Source of the DNA: Macrostomum lignano
Taxonomy: Eukaryota
Assembly: GCA_002269645.1 (NCBI GenBank)
Contig: NIVC01001231.1
Span: 62,001 to 126,000 of the forward strand
Length of the DNA: 64,000 bases
Direction of reading: 5' to 3'
The position numbers and the translations under genes are program-made. Within the stretch, counting starts at the first letter, position 1. Each line of letters starts with the position of its first letter. The notes beneath the pieces are model-generated. The model had not been told where the DNA came from. It searched no databases and worked only from the letters and a program-made list of their open reading frames with translations. Of the stretch, positions 1 through 15,804 are shown piece by piece.

Positions 1-3672
<3,672 letters not shown>

Positions 3673-6285
3673 TTAATTAGAGAGCCAATATTGGTCAGCT
3701 CCAGATGGCTGGAATCCTGGGACAGGCTGGGCTAACTGGCTGAATTCAATTGGCAACAATGTTTTCAGCCGCTGAGTTGAGTCATCATGAATCAAATTGC
3801 AATAAATATTGTATACAAACACAATTAATATGCTGATTATGTATAATTATAAAAATTATATAATCTATTTTGATAACTTTCATTGCCTTGCAATAGAATG
3901 CAAGCAACTCTGAAAACTCATTTGCAAGAGTTCCTAATTATAGACTGTATGATTGACTTTATTTACTCTTTTAACTTAAAGACAATTAGCAGTGCTGAAT
4001 ATAATTGGATTACATATAGTAAACTTTGTGCTCATTCTATTTCAATGTTGTATATTTTAAGTTCCCTTGACATTTTAATATATAACATATGTATCCTAAA
4101 ATAAAATTTTTATTTACCTTGGAAGCTAACCTAAATGAATGGTAATTAAAACTATGCTACTATTGATTAAATAAAAAACATTCATATTATATAACAACTT
4201 TGTTGATTTTAAATGCAAACATATACATTATAAGAAACACTGTTAAATATGGGCCTACCAACAAGGCCAGATTAGCTAGCAATAAATGTCTAACCCATAA
4301 GCCACAATGCCTAGTTTTATTATATGCATAGCCATATTCACAATTAGGAGTCAAACAATATCATATTTTCAAGACTTTTGAGACTTCAGATCTATACTTA
4401 TAAGATAATTGAGATTCAATAAAGATTCAAGATTAAGCCTAATTAGCAACTAGTAGTCTTATTTACATTATTTTATCTATTTAATGCTAATATTATTATT
4501 TGTTAAATGTGTACAATGGTGACAACAAAGGGAAAAATTTTAATTTTTTAGCTTGTTAATAACTTGAAATATCAAATATAGTATATTTGTATAATATTAT
4601 ATTATCATAGTCACAAAGAGTAAAATAGTCACAAATATTGACTTTTCTTGAGATCTCAAAACTAAGATTAAGACTGAGAAAAGTGCCAAAATCTTGATGA
4701 TTGAGACTGAAATTAAGATCTTATCTGACCCCAATTTACAATGCTTACATACAAAAATTAGCCAAGGGTTTCATATAATTCATAATCTATAAAGACCAAC
4801 CCTAAAGCATAAAGTATATATGCCTAAATGACTGAAAAGTTGAAGTCATTATATACTTAGTATATATAATTTAATTATATATGCAATATTTATGCACTTG
4901 CATTTGTTTGAGAATCAGTAGAGTGGGCAAAACCATCTTATTGCTATTTATGGGATAATTTTGCCAAAATTTGTTGTTTTAAGATTTTTGTAATCCTTTT
5001 GTAATTATTAAAAAGTAAATGAAATTGTTATTTTATACATATATTATACATATAACATACTATATTATATATATATATATATATATTTCTTAATTACATA
5101 CTATTACATTACTAATATTATTCTTAGACCTATAGTCTAAACTTAAGCAAAAAAGCTTTTTATATAGTCATAGATTCATTTTATAGATAAAGATCTCAAT
5201 TTTGCAATTGCAATTGATATTTAAGATTTTGACTTTTTTTCAATTGAATCTTGATTTTAAAAAGTGCCAAGAACAAAGAGCTCTAGGTTGAAAAACCATA
5301 TTTTAAATATAGTACACATAATACTAGAAATTAATATAAACACTGAATTCAAACAAACTGGTTTGAAAATTATTGCCAAAAATTCAACTTATTTTAATGT
5401 TATATATTGGGTAAAATAGAAAGTTCTTGGGATTTATGAGGATAACTATAGAATTTCTAGAAGCCAAATATGCAGAGGTATAAAAAGGCCATTGACTGCT
5501 ATAAAGCAACACAAATTCAAGTTTTAGCTTCAGTGCTATAGTACTACCACATTCTAGATCATGTAATATATGCCCAGAAATTCTAGTGTCCATTGGCCTT
5601 GCATGCCAGAAATAAACGTGCATAGTTAACATATATCACTCTTAAAAAATAGTATGCGTGCATATCTAGCATGTATTTTATAGAATCCCACAGAAGAGTT
5701 ACACTGTGTTAAATAGAAAAAAGATAAATAAGTTCATTTTTAAGAATAAATTTCAAGTTTTCTAAGCTTTTAAAGCTTGTAATAAGGCATTTGAACAAAT
5801 CTTTTGCATGTATTGATTTTTTGCTGTAAATAGTGTTGCTGAAAAAGCATAAAAATCAACCAAATTGTTTGCAAAAAAGGTTTCTATACAATTCAAAAAA
5901 GGTCTTTTGTTGTCATAACATAAAAAGGTCATTTACTGTCCCAATAATGGCATAGTTTTAGGAATGGGATGGGTATGCACTCAATTTTTTGGCATGCATT
6001 TGTAATTTTTTAATTTTTTTCAATTTATGTTTAAAAAGGAACTTTTTCATCTTTTTTTATTTCACAATAACTCTTCTATATGATTCTATAAAATGCATAC
6101 CAGGTATACTATGCACACATACTATTTTCTTAGGAGTGATACATGCCAATTTTATAAGCCTACTTTTGGTGTGCAAGGCCAATGCATGCCCTAATTTTTG
6201 GGCATACTATATGATCTAGAGTATAGAGAAAAAGTGATTTTTTTAAAAGTATACCAAGTTTAGTTTTCTAAAATATATAATTTTA

Positions 6286-6500
6286 GATGCTTGCTATCTG
6301 GGGGATGCTTGCTATCTGGGGGATGCTTGCTATCTGGGGGATGCTTGCTATCTTGGGGATGCTTGCTATCTTGGGGATGCTTGCTATCTTGGGGATGCTT
6401 GCTATCTGGGGGATGCTTGCTATCTAGGGGATGCTTGCTATCTAAGGGATGCTTGCAATCTGGGGGATGCTTGCTATCTGGGGGATGCTTGCTGTTTTGG
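6286..6500. repeat. 18-bp minisatellite (GATGCTTGCTATCTGGGG)n
   Basis: About 12 tandem copies. Confidence 0.95.
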
Positions 6501-7579
6501 GATGATTTCTTTTTGCATTGCACTTCATTTGAGTATTTTGTCTCTTTTCTTTGTGAAGGCTTTATTTCGCTATCTTTTTGTTACTTGTAGAGAACAGAGA
6601 TTCTATACAGATGCCCCCCAACGGGGGGCGAAGATTGCTAGTAAATTATCTAATTCTAATTCTTCTTTCTATATATGCATTATGCATAAATTATTTTAAC
6701 CTTAAAACTGCACTAAAAATAATTAGGGCCTAGTGTATGTGTATCACTCTTTTTAGTTATGGCAGGGCCTATAAGTGTGGAAATATAACAGTACAATTAA
6801 AACTATTCTTAGACTGATTTATTTTTCGAAACTAAAACATCCTCTTAGCACTTTGCCTTGTGACTTGAATAAAGGAATAGGAAAAAAGGAAAAAAGGAGC
6901 TATAGGCCTAGCTATCAGGCTAAGGCCAGGGAAGGGCAGTAAGGCTTACACTTAGAAATCTTTGTGATTTATTGCATAAATTCCTTAAAAACTTTCTATT
7001 TGTTTAATAGAGCTTTAACTAGTAAACATAATCTTGATATAGTTAAAAGTGTCGTATGTTCCACTACCAGGTGTGTGTTAATACTGAGTTAAGACCAAAA
7101 AATAAAAGAAATTAGTTTACTAATTATGTTTGATCAATTGAATTTAAATAAAGCAGAAGAATATATTATAGGATCAATTCCATGTGAAGTCGTGAAGATT
7201 GGTTAAAATCGAAATGATTATCTATCTCTATCAGAGGAATCAAATGTATAACACACACAAGGAAACCTAATTCAAGGAAATGAGTAAACTTTCAAGGAAA
7301 TCTTCTCGAAAGGGTGTATTGTTTTAACAAATTGCTTTACTTACATCAGCAAATATGAATATCAGAAGTTAAATATCAGTATGATTTGCATTTGATTTTT
7401 ATAGAAATAAGAAGAACTATATAATTTACAAAATTCTAGGAAGCAAATTAAAATACCGACTATCACCGTTGAACGATGGCTTCGTGGATTTTGGATTCAG
7501 GCTCAATCTCTTATCTTTTTGCTCTTTATAAATTAAATACGTAAGGTCTTAGATTGGCATAAATAGAGCTAGGGACAGA

Positions 7580-7695
7580 GGGCCCGTTCTATAAAGCCAT
7601 CGTAAGATAAGATCGTTCTTAGCTCCTATCTCCGTAGTGTAAAAGTTCCGACGTACGATCGAACTTACGCTACGACAGCTTTATAGTACGACCCC
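7580..7695. mobile_element. 116-bp MITE, PIF/Harbinger-like
   Basis: 18-bp imperfect TIRs GGGCCCGTTCTATAAAGC / (rc) GGGGTCGTACTATAAAGC with a 3-bp duplication AGA on both sides (7577-7579, 7696-7698). Confidence 0.65.
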
Positions 7696-8688
7696 AGAGT
7701 GTACGCGATCACTGACTGAGAAAGATATGCAGTGACGCAATGCTGTACAGAGAGAAGAGAAGGTATGAAAGTAAAGAAGGGGAGAAAGGAGACAAATTAG
7801 TGAAGGGAGAGGACAGGAGTGGAGAGGAAAGGAGAGGCCCAAGGGGGAGCAGAGGAGAAAAAAGTAAAGAGAGAGAAGATTGAGAGAAGGAAGCTGAGAT
7901 CGAAGAGATATAAACTATTTATTTATCAGGCCGGATTGATATTGTGATAATTAAGTTTCAAAAGACCCGAGGGCCGGATAGAGAGGCTTCGCGGCTGCAT
8001 GTGTCACCATGGTGCTGTATACACTGAGATGCTTGGTGGTACTGGCCATGGCTAGATCGAAAAGGGCAATTGCCAACAAGAAAAAAAATGTGTCTAAAAA
8101 TAATTAAATCTTTCCTGACATGAAGTACATCTGTAACATCCGTATTATGGATGAAGCACATCGCTTCAATGTACAATTGTACATGTAGTTGCGTCAAATG
8201 AACTTTACATGTACATGTACGCTCGTAATTCGATAACACCCGTCCCGATATATCAGAGAAGTATTTACCATTGAAATCTGAATTATCATGCATGTCATTG
8301 TTGCAAGAAAAACTTCGCTGAAAAATGATGGACAATTTCCATTAAACAGTTTTTTGAAATGCACATGCACGTACAACATGTACCTTTAATTTTTTCATAG
8401 CTCACATAGAAATGCTTCACGACGTAAGTCACGCAGTCGAGGGCCTGCAGCGCATTGTATTTCGATGGGCAACAGAAAACTGTTTAGCTCCCTGATAGGT
8501 GTTGTTGTTGCCCAGTCAATCCTTCAAACAACACCAATATTGGCCAAGAAGCGTCCCAAAGTCAGGCTTGGGGATTCGCCCAGAGTCGTATCATAGTCGT
8601 TGGTGGTAAAATATAACATGTAGTCAAAGAAGTAGGAAAGAAGTGACTCTAGACGTGACTCTAGCGAGCTTTAACGACAGGATGTCGA

Positions 8689-9108
8689 CACGTTGAAAGT
8701 CGCCAAAAAGTTGTCAAAGGTTCGCTTAAGACTTCAATTTGAAGCGTTTTATTGTCTGCGACTCTGAAGTGACTCTGGGGCCGTAGAGCCGTACCTGAGG
8801 CGTGCCAGAGTCGCTGTAGAACCGCTGCTGAGTTGTGTCTGAAGCGCATCTGCGTCACTTTATGAATCAGAATCGCATTTCGCATTTGTAACAACTCTGT
8901 TCAATCTACTTGAGCTCGTAGAAATCTTACGATTCTGCAACTCACGTGATGAGCTCGTGACTCAACAGGATCGCCTCTCCGTCGCATTGCGGTCGTTTGA
9001 GTCGTTAAAAAGTCGCACGAGTCGCCTTCAGAGTCGCTAAGAGTCACCAGTGAGTTGTTTGAAATAACTCTTTAGCGATTCTGCTGGTCACGGTAACGTT
9101 TCAACGTG
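8689..9108. mobile_element. Non-autonomous dispersed repeat/MITE with 10-bp TIR CACGTTGAAA
   Basis: Perfect 10-bp terminal inverted repeat. The right half is clearly homologous to 15470-15630. No TSD found. Confidence 0.5.
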
Positions 9109-9447
9109 GTAGTTAGCTAATGTAGTTTGTGCTTCGGAGCCGCGAATTCATTATCCTTTAATCCAAGACAGCTGTGCCAGCAGAGTTATTATTTTCTAAT
9201 TTATTGAAACAAAAATTGCACTCTATGTACATGCATGGACACGGGAATGTACGGGGTAACCTTCCTTGCAAATACCTTTTCCCAGCAGAGTATGATTAAA
9301 AAGTTAGTAGACACTGTAATACATGTAAATAAAAATACATGGGATCGCAAATTATACAGCTTAAGAAATGTAAAGTCAATTTAAATTACAGCGAACAACC
9401 AGATTTGTTTTAATAAAAGCAAAGCCAGTCAATGAAAATCGATCGCG

Positions 9448-10158
9448 CTAAGCCGCAGTTTTCCGCAGTCCCGCCATGGCGGCTGCAGTCTTCGGCCTGC
9501 CGCCTCCCGTGCCGACCAGCCCAGGCGCCGAGGCTGCCGCGGCTGCCGAGGTCAAAGACGCGTCGCCACCGCCACTGCCGCCGCTGCTGCCGCCACCAGC
9601 CGCTGCTGCTGCAGCCAGCAGCGAATCTTCCGCGGCGTTGGCGGCGGTCGCGGCCGCCACCCGAGCGGCGGCGGCGGCGGTGGCCGGCCGGGGCAGCAGG
9701 CGGGCGGGCACGGAGGTGGCGCCGATCCAGTCCGTCCGCTTTGCCTCGAGAATTCGCTGCCGGTCCAGCAGCCGCATCGCCGAGTCGCCATCGTCCTCGT
9801 CGTCCTCAACGCCCGCCTCGTCCTCGCCGCCTGGAGCGTCGCCGCCGTTGCGAATCCGGCGCCGGCGCGGCGGCAAGTCCGGCAGGCAGCTCGCCTGTCG
9901 GATTCGGCGTTTGTTGAACCAGTCGTCAACCGAGGGCGTCAGCTTGGTGTCCATCATGTGCGCCAGGTCCACGAGAAGGTCGCGCTCCGTCTTCTCGTTG
10001 TCGCGGGTCCAGGCCGACCAGTCTCGGTTGAACTTGGCGCACTCGCTGCCCAGCTGCAGCTGCATCTTCATGTTCTTGTCGCGGACGCGGATCTCAGCGA
10101 ACGGTCGGGCAGTCTTGCGCCGGCCCCGGCTGCCCCGCTGCTGCTGCTGCTGCTGCAT
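9448..10158 (-). CDS. Hypothetical protein (236 aa from ATG 10158), orphan, Q/R-rich N-terminus and Ala/Gly-rich C-terminus
   Basis: Long GC-rich ORF with a complex core (RPFAEIRVRDKNMKMQLQLGSECAKFNRDWSAWTRDNEKTERDLLVDLAHMMDTK). Acceptor CCCTTGCAG at 10191 and a candidate 55-nt 5'UTR intron (10191-10245). No family recognised. Confidence 0.6.
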   Translation of the reverse strand: MQQQQQQRGSRGRRKTARPFAEIRVRDKNMKMQLQLGSECAKFNRDWSAWTRDNEKTERDLLVDLAHMMDTKLTPSVDDWFNKRRIRQASCLPDLPPRRRRIRNGGDAPGGEDEAGVEDDEDDGDSAMRLLDRQRILEAKRTDWIGATSVPARLLPRPATAAAAARVAAATAANAAEDSLLAAAAAAGGGSSGGSGGGDASLTSAAAAASAPGLVGTGGGRPKTAAAMAGLRKTAA

Positions 10159-11131
10159 GCTGCGCCTGTATTTGCTGCTTGCTCGCGACACTGCAAGGGC
10201 TTGGAACTCAACTATATAGCCTTATTGTATTCAATAAGCTTTCACCTGCCTGTCAGCGCAACCACCAGCGCAGCAGAGAAGGGAAATTGCAAAAAAAGAG
10301 ACGCTGGGTTGGCCTTTTGTTGCCGTTGGCGATCTCCTTCCTATAAATTTTATTCTTCTTTTGCACCGGGAATCCGTGCCTGTGCCTGTGCCGTGCGTCT
10401 GGCCAAGCGCTAAATGCGCAGTCTGAGACGAGCGGAGACACTTGAGAAGAATGGATCGTCTGAGAGGGGAGCTTTTCTATGCACTTGGCCTCCAGGCAGG
10501 TCCGGACTTGCAACCCCCCTCTGTGCCAGGAGTATAAGCTCACTCACCCGCTTTCTCTGTCTCTGAGTTTGCTCTGATGGATACAAAAGAAACACACAAG
10601 GTAAGAGAGAGAGAAGACTCTAAACACTTTTTCGCCGGTGCCTAACTCGCTTACAGACTGAAGCAGTCCTCCTTCTCGTGTCGAAATGTCGCCAACTCAT
10701 GGCAGTTTAACCAGCAAGGGGACATTGCTCAGTGTAGTTAAATGAGTACTGGCGCCACTTGATGCACTGCAGGACCACAAGCAAGCAATCCAAGCTAGTT
10801 ATTTGTGCAAACAGTTTTGCATCGCCCTACTACTGACAGTAATATAAAACACTCCCAGAGCTATACCGCACAATACTCAGGTTGGCATGCCTACGCCAAT
10901 TCAAAATGAATTTAAGGCAAGCACCGGGCTGCAGCTCCAGTATTGAATTTTAAGTGTGTTGGTCACAACTCGTGTGCAGCGGCTATTGAAGAGTCTGCTT
11001 TAATCAAATATACCAACAAATGGCGCAGAGATCCATACAGAGCATCACCAGCATGCTATTGAAATTATCAGACAGCTGAGAACTCGGGCTTCGTGAAAGT
11101 GAGTTGTTGTTAATATTCTACGGTAGAATGC

Positions 11132-11572
11132 TCAGACGGCCTCTTGCTGCGGCCACCAGCGCTTGTGTCCGTGTCCGGAGGCAGCCGCCACTTCGCGCAC
11201 CTGGGCGGGCTCGGACGGCTGGTCCCAGGCCGGCTGCCCGCCGTTGTGATGCCGCTTCACCTCGATGTTGCCGGCATCGTAGTACTTGACTGGCCACCAC
11301 CGCTTGTGCACGCTGCATGCATTGGTTTTGGGGGGTTGTAATTAGGCAAGCGAGTCTGTCAAACTTGACAACTTGAGGAAATCAGCCAGTCAGTCATGAC
11401 TCACCCGCCGGCTGACGGGTGCGCATCGGCTAGGAGGGCGCAGCTGCCGAAAAGGGCTGGAAAAAATTAATAAACCCCGTTATTTTTAGTCAACTCAAAC
11501 AACAAATCCAACGCCAAGTCGGGTGTGCTACTTACCAACGGCTAGAAGTAGTACGGTTGGCAAGAGGCGCAT
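11132..11572 (-). CDS. Secreted neuropeptide prepropeptide, 89 aa (KR-WWP peptides)
   Basis: Exons 11572-11536, 11456-11405, 11312-11132 (37+52+181=270 nt) with GTAAG/GTGAG donors and CAG acceptors. Protein: MRLLPTVLLLAVALFGSCALLADA-HPSAGGVH-KR-WWPVKYYDAGNIEV-KR-HHNGGQPAWDQPSEPAQVREVAAASGHGH-KR-WWPQQEAV*. Confidence 0.85.
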
Positions 11573-11667
11573 TTTGTTTCTGCTGCACTGGGAGCTATAG
11601 GAGCGTGGAGTCGGGTAGGGCGCGGTCAGGCAGGACCATGCAAGAGTTGGCTGGGAGTGGCGGGGCG

Positions 11668-11675
11668 CTTATATA
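11668..11675 (-). promoter_or_regulatory. TATA box of the WWP precursor gene
   Basis: TATATAAG on the minus strand about 95 nt upstream of ATG 11572. Candidate ATTAAA polyA signal at 10999-11004. Confidence 0.55.
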
Positions 11676-12248
11676 TTGTATTGCATCTCAAGCGACTTTG
11701 ACGAGCCAATGACCTATCAGGTCAAGTCAGTGCAGAACCAATTGGATCAATTTGTCTAATCTGTAATCGTATGCGCGATATGACTAAAAATTCGCTTTGA
11801 AAATTTGCCGCACGAGTAATTAATTGAATTGAGCGTCAAGTTCGCCTGGGGCAAAAAACTTCTCGCTGTTTTACAATCCACTGTTGAAAAGGGGGGGGGG
11901 AGAGCGGGGCAGCGCAACGTCCCCTGGTTCGACTCCAGGTTAGATTAGAAAGTCAGGGCCGCTGTACACCCCGAGTGAGCGTGTGTACGAGTGCTGTGCC
12001 TGCGGACATTGTTGGCGCGCTTGCATGTGCTCAGAATATGGAATGCGATCTCAAGACATCATTTTTCCGATGCGAAAGAAAATTAGCGGTTCTCGCTGCA
12101 ACAGGCGGTACGACAAATACAAGTTCTCTACCGACCTGCAGCTGATTTTTACGAAAGTCGAGTGTAGCGTCCATCGCCAAGCGCAGGCGCACCCTGTCAG
12201 GGGGCATCACAAACCCGAAAAATCACAACTCCGAAAGCACTTCCCATC

Positions 12249-12435
12249 ATAAACCCGAAATATCATAAACCCGAAATATCATAAACCTGAAATATCATAA
12301 ACCCGAAATACCACAAACCCGAAATACCACAAACCCGAAATATCACAAACCCGAAATACCACAAACCCGAAATACCACAAACCTGAAATACCACAAACCC
12401 GAAATACCACAAACCCAAAATACCACAAACCCGAA
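12249..12435. repeat. 16-bp minisatellite (CAAACCCGAAATACCA)n
   Basis: About 11 tandem copies. Confidence 0.9.
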
Positions 12436-13965
12436 TTATCAAAACTCCGAAAGTGCTAAAAATATCCAATGATATTTCAGGTTTATGATGGCTTCTTTGG
12501 CTTTATGATGTCAGTCAGAGTTTAGATTAGCAAACCATAAAATAAGAGTACGAAGACTGCGAAACCACATGCCATGTGGGGGTTAAAAGTGAAGTTCAAT
12601 TTAAGTGCAGTTGGAACTTTTATAGTGCTCCTCGTGATAAATTTGAGCTGGAAATTTCTGATGAGGTTTCAAATTTTTAAAACCTACCGCAGAGGACAAG
12701 GTATTTTTACCCAATGACTCAATATAGAAAGTCTAGCAAAATTTCATCAAAGCCAGAATGAAACTGCCATGAGGCTTCATATTTGCTTCATAAATAAGCC
12801 GAAATACTCTGTTTCTGCACAAGATTTACATTCCTACAATACAACGTGATGCAACTCCAATCGAAAGCGCTTAACCTTGACTTGAGCTGATTACATTGAC
12901 TCCACAGTTTTGGATTCAGTTAAAAAACTCAGAGACAGTTGGTGTCCATTCCCGGAGAACATGCCTTCCAGATGGCCCATTGACCAGCTCCCTGATCAGG
13001 CAGGTTCACCAAGAGCAAAGGCAAGTCAGCTTCTATACATTCAGGGGTCATCAGCCAGACCGCCCAGGGACACAACCAGCACCCTCAGGATAATTAGTGG
13101 CACCCACGAGACGTTGGATTGAAAGGCGGCAAGCGTTCCTACACCGCAGAATTTAATTGGAACACAGCAATTTTTCCCCAACGCAATCGATTTCCTGGGA
13201 AAGGAGAAAATACGGGAAAAAGGCTAATAAATCCACATCGCGCCTCGGCGCTCGTTAATGGATGGAAATGGACAGACCGGGCGTGCATTAGGCAGAGACC
13301 ACACCAGACTAATCGAATCAAAATGACCCCAACAGACCCCAGCCGGCTAGCGCAATCATCCCCGATGTGGAACCGAAGCGCAGTCAGTCGGTTTCAATTC
13401 AGAAAAAATGGTTATAGCGATGCAGATGAAATGACAAAATCACATATGCTCCAGAAGAGAGAAATTATCATCGAATTTTACATTTCACGATAGCAATTGA
13501 AAGCAGACAGAAAGCTCGGGAAAGCACTGCAGTTTTGCAAACAAATCAATGAGGCCAGAATCCCTGGTTCGATTCCCTGTGCAAACACATTCATTTTTCT
13601 GTTTGACGATCCTACAGACAATGTATTGTTTGTAGTAATGTATTGTTCTGCATTAAAATGTGAATAATGATCGTCAAATTGCTAAACAATGACGTTGCGC
13701 CAGTGTGCCTCACAGCCCTCTAAAGCCTTTCAGAAAAGCCTCTGTACTGAAAATGGCCTCAGTATAGCTTGGCCATAGACAAAATTCCGCTCCTTTTTCC
13801 ATGGAGTCCTCTTTCTGCTCACAGGGTGTGGAAATTGATTGCCTTAGTTAGAAAACTTATTGCGCCTTCCAGCCATTTTGGTTTGGGCCATAGACTACAC
13901 TTTGACTAGGCTCCGTGTACACTTTTAAAAGCGTCCATCGGAAAATTGACTGAAACAGCGATATT

Positions 13966-14962
13966 ACTGTGCCTTTTGAACTTCGGATTAGTCAAAAGTG
14001 AGTTCAAATTCGTCAGCGTATGCAAAACTATATAGCGCTCAAGGGGAAGAGAATGAGTGTCTATGGTAAATTTTTAGAGAGAGTGACTTCGAATTCGTCT
14101 AAGTAAGTGAAATTCGTCAGTGCAAATACAGCCTGATCAGAAAAAGTGTCTGCTTTGTCCATGGTAAGAAAAGGTGTCTATGGTAAATTTAAGTAAGAAA
14201 GTGGATGAATTTCGTCTGTGGAAAAGTAGCCCAATTGCCTGAAATCTTCATTTCATGCTTTGATTGTTGTCAGAGATGCCCTACATGAGAATTTCGTCTG
14301 TGGATCGCTCTAGACTCGTGCGATGTTTTCAACAAGGATGAGACTGGAGACATCTCACAATTGAACTGGATATCAAGATGACAACTGCCAGTGACATCAT
14401 CAGGAGATATGTTGATGATGAGGGTAGGATCGATCTTAACGCGCGTGGCGATGCAGTGAGACCAAAGTTTTCTGAGGAGATGCTCGGGGCGTTGACGAGG
14501 TATGTGGAAGAGAAGCCGACTGTGACCCTCAAAGAAATGCAGCAAAAAGCTTGTTGCAGATTTTCCCGCTGCTCCTGCTGTGACAACGCAGGCAATCAGT
14601 CGTCGGCTTGATGGGACTTTGTGCGTTACATTGGCTATTTGTTGTCATGTAGGGCATCCCTGACAACAATCAAAGCATGAAATGAAGATTTCAAGACATT
14701 GGGCTACTTTTCCAGACGAAATTCACTCACTCTCTTACTTAAATTTACCATAGACACCTTATTTTCTTACCATGGACAAAGCAGACATTTTTCTGATCAG
14801 GCTGTATTTGCACTGACGAATTTCACTTACTCAGACGAATTCGAGGTCACTTTCTCTAAAAATTTACCATAGACACTCATTCTCTTCCTCTTGAGCGCTA
14901 TATAGTTTTGCATACGCTGACGAATTTGAACTCACTTTTGACGAATCCGAAGTTGAAATGGT
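13966..14962 (+). mobile_element. Internally deleted Tc1/IS630-family transposon with ~320-bp TIRs
   Basis: About 13966-14290 is the inverted copy of about 14645-14962. The centre encodes a transposase N-terminal HTH from ATG 14276: MPYMRISSVDRSRLVRCFQQG*DWRHLTIELDIKMTTASDIIRRY...VEEKPTVTLKEMQQK. There is one stop and no DDE domain. Confidence 0.75.
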
Positions 14963-15469
14963 ATATTAAATATAGGTGTAAAAACTAGAATAAAGATGGT
15001 CTATTCAAAAAATGTGGCGATTTATGCCTGCACAAAAATGCAGAATGTCTAACGATCTTTACATGTATATTATAAAGCTTAATCCAAGGACTGATGAAAT
15101 GATGAACTTTTGGACAAGCTTCCAGTCCAGATACTACAATTGAGAAGTCCCTGGCTATGCTAAGTAAAACAAACAAAAACATTGTACAGAACAATAGGAA
15201 TGAATATAATTGAGTACTAGACAGTAGACACTGCGGATTACTGAATGAGAGCCTAGCAGGGAGTTACTAATTTAATGTAAGTATAACTTTAGAAATTCGA
15301 TGCATACCATAACTATACATTACAGTGCATGCCAAGTTGTTATAGAAATAACAGCCTTCTTATATAATGCATTTCTCATTTTATTCATATAAAAACTTAC
15401 TCTACTTGAGTTCATTAGAAAGTTATGCGCCAACACAAACATCTCTTGGACGACTTTTTTCCGCGAGAT

Positions 15470-15630
15470 TCTGCGGAATCTTACGATTCTGCAAATCACG
15501 TGACGCGCTCGTCACTCAACAGTCGCATTGCAGTCGTTTGAGTCATTAAAAAGTCGCCAAGGGTCACCAGTACAGTGAGTTGTTTGAAATGGCTGTTTAG
15601 CGATTCTTGTCACGGTAACGTTTTCAACGG
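15470..15630 (+). repeat. Second, partial copy of the 8689-9108 dispersed element
   Basis: Shared blocks CTTACGATTCTGCAA...GTCGTTTGAGTC..AAAAAGTCGC...CAGTGAGTTGTTTGAAAT...GTCACGGTAACGTTT. Confidence 0.7.
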
Positions 15631-15804
15631 GAATAATGCGATTATAATGCGTTTGCTTGATTCGAAGTTGAAATTGTGAAGGCAGAATAACAAATCCATC
15701 ACGAACGGCACTAGCGATTATAAGGCATAAAAATAAGGGCTAAAAATTTATTTGTATGTATTTTAAGGTAGATTTTCGATAAAAAGTACAGAGTGCACTA
15801 CTAA

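Noticed and set aside
6260-6590. (DSKHPP)n ORF as a peptide precursor
   Set aside because: No dibasic sites, signal peptide or linked exon; lies in an AT-rich block.
12896-13122. Possible LINE endonuclease remnant (FYTFRG...)
   Set aside because: Similarity too short to support without a search.
13500-13590. tRNA-like B-box GGTTCGATTCC (also GGTTCGACTCC near 11926)
   Set aside because: No cloverleaf could be folded; at most decayed SINE heads.
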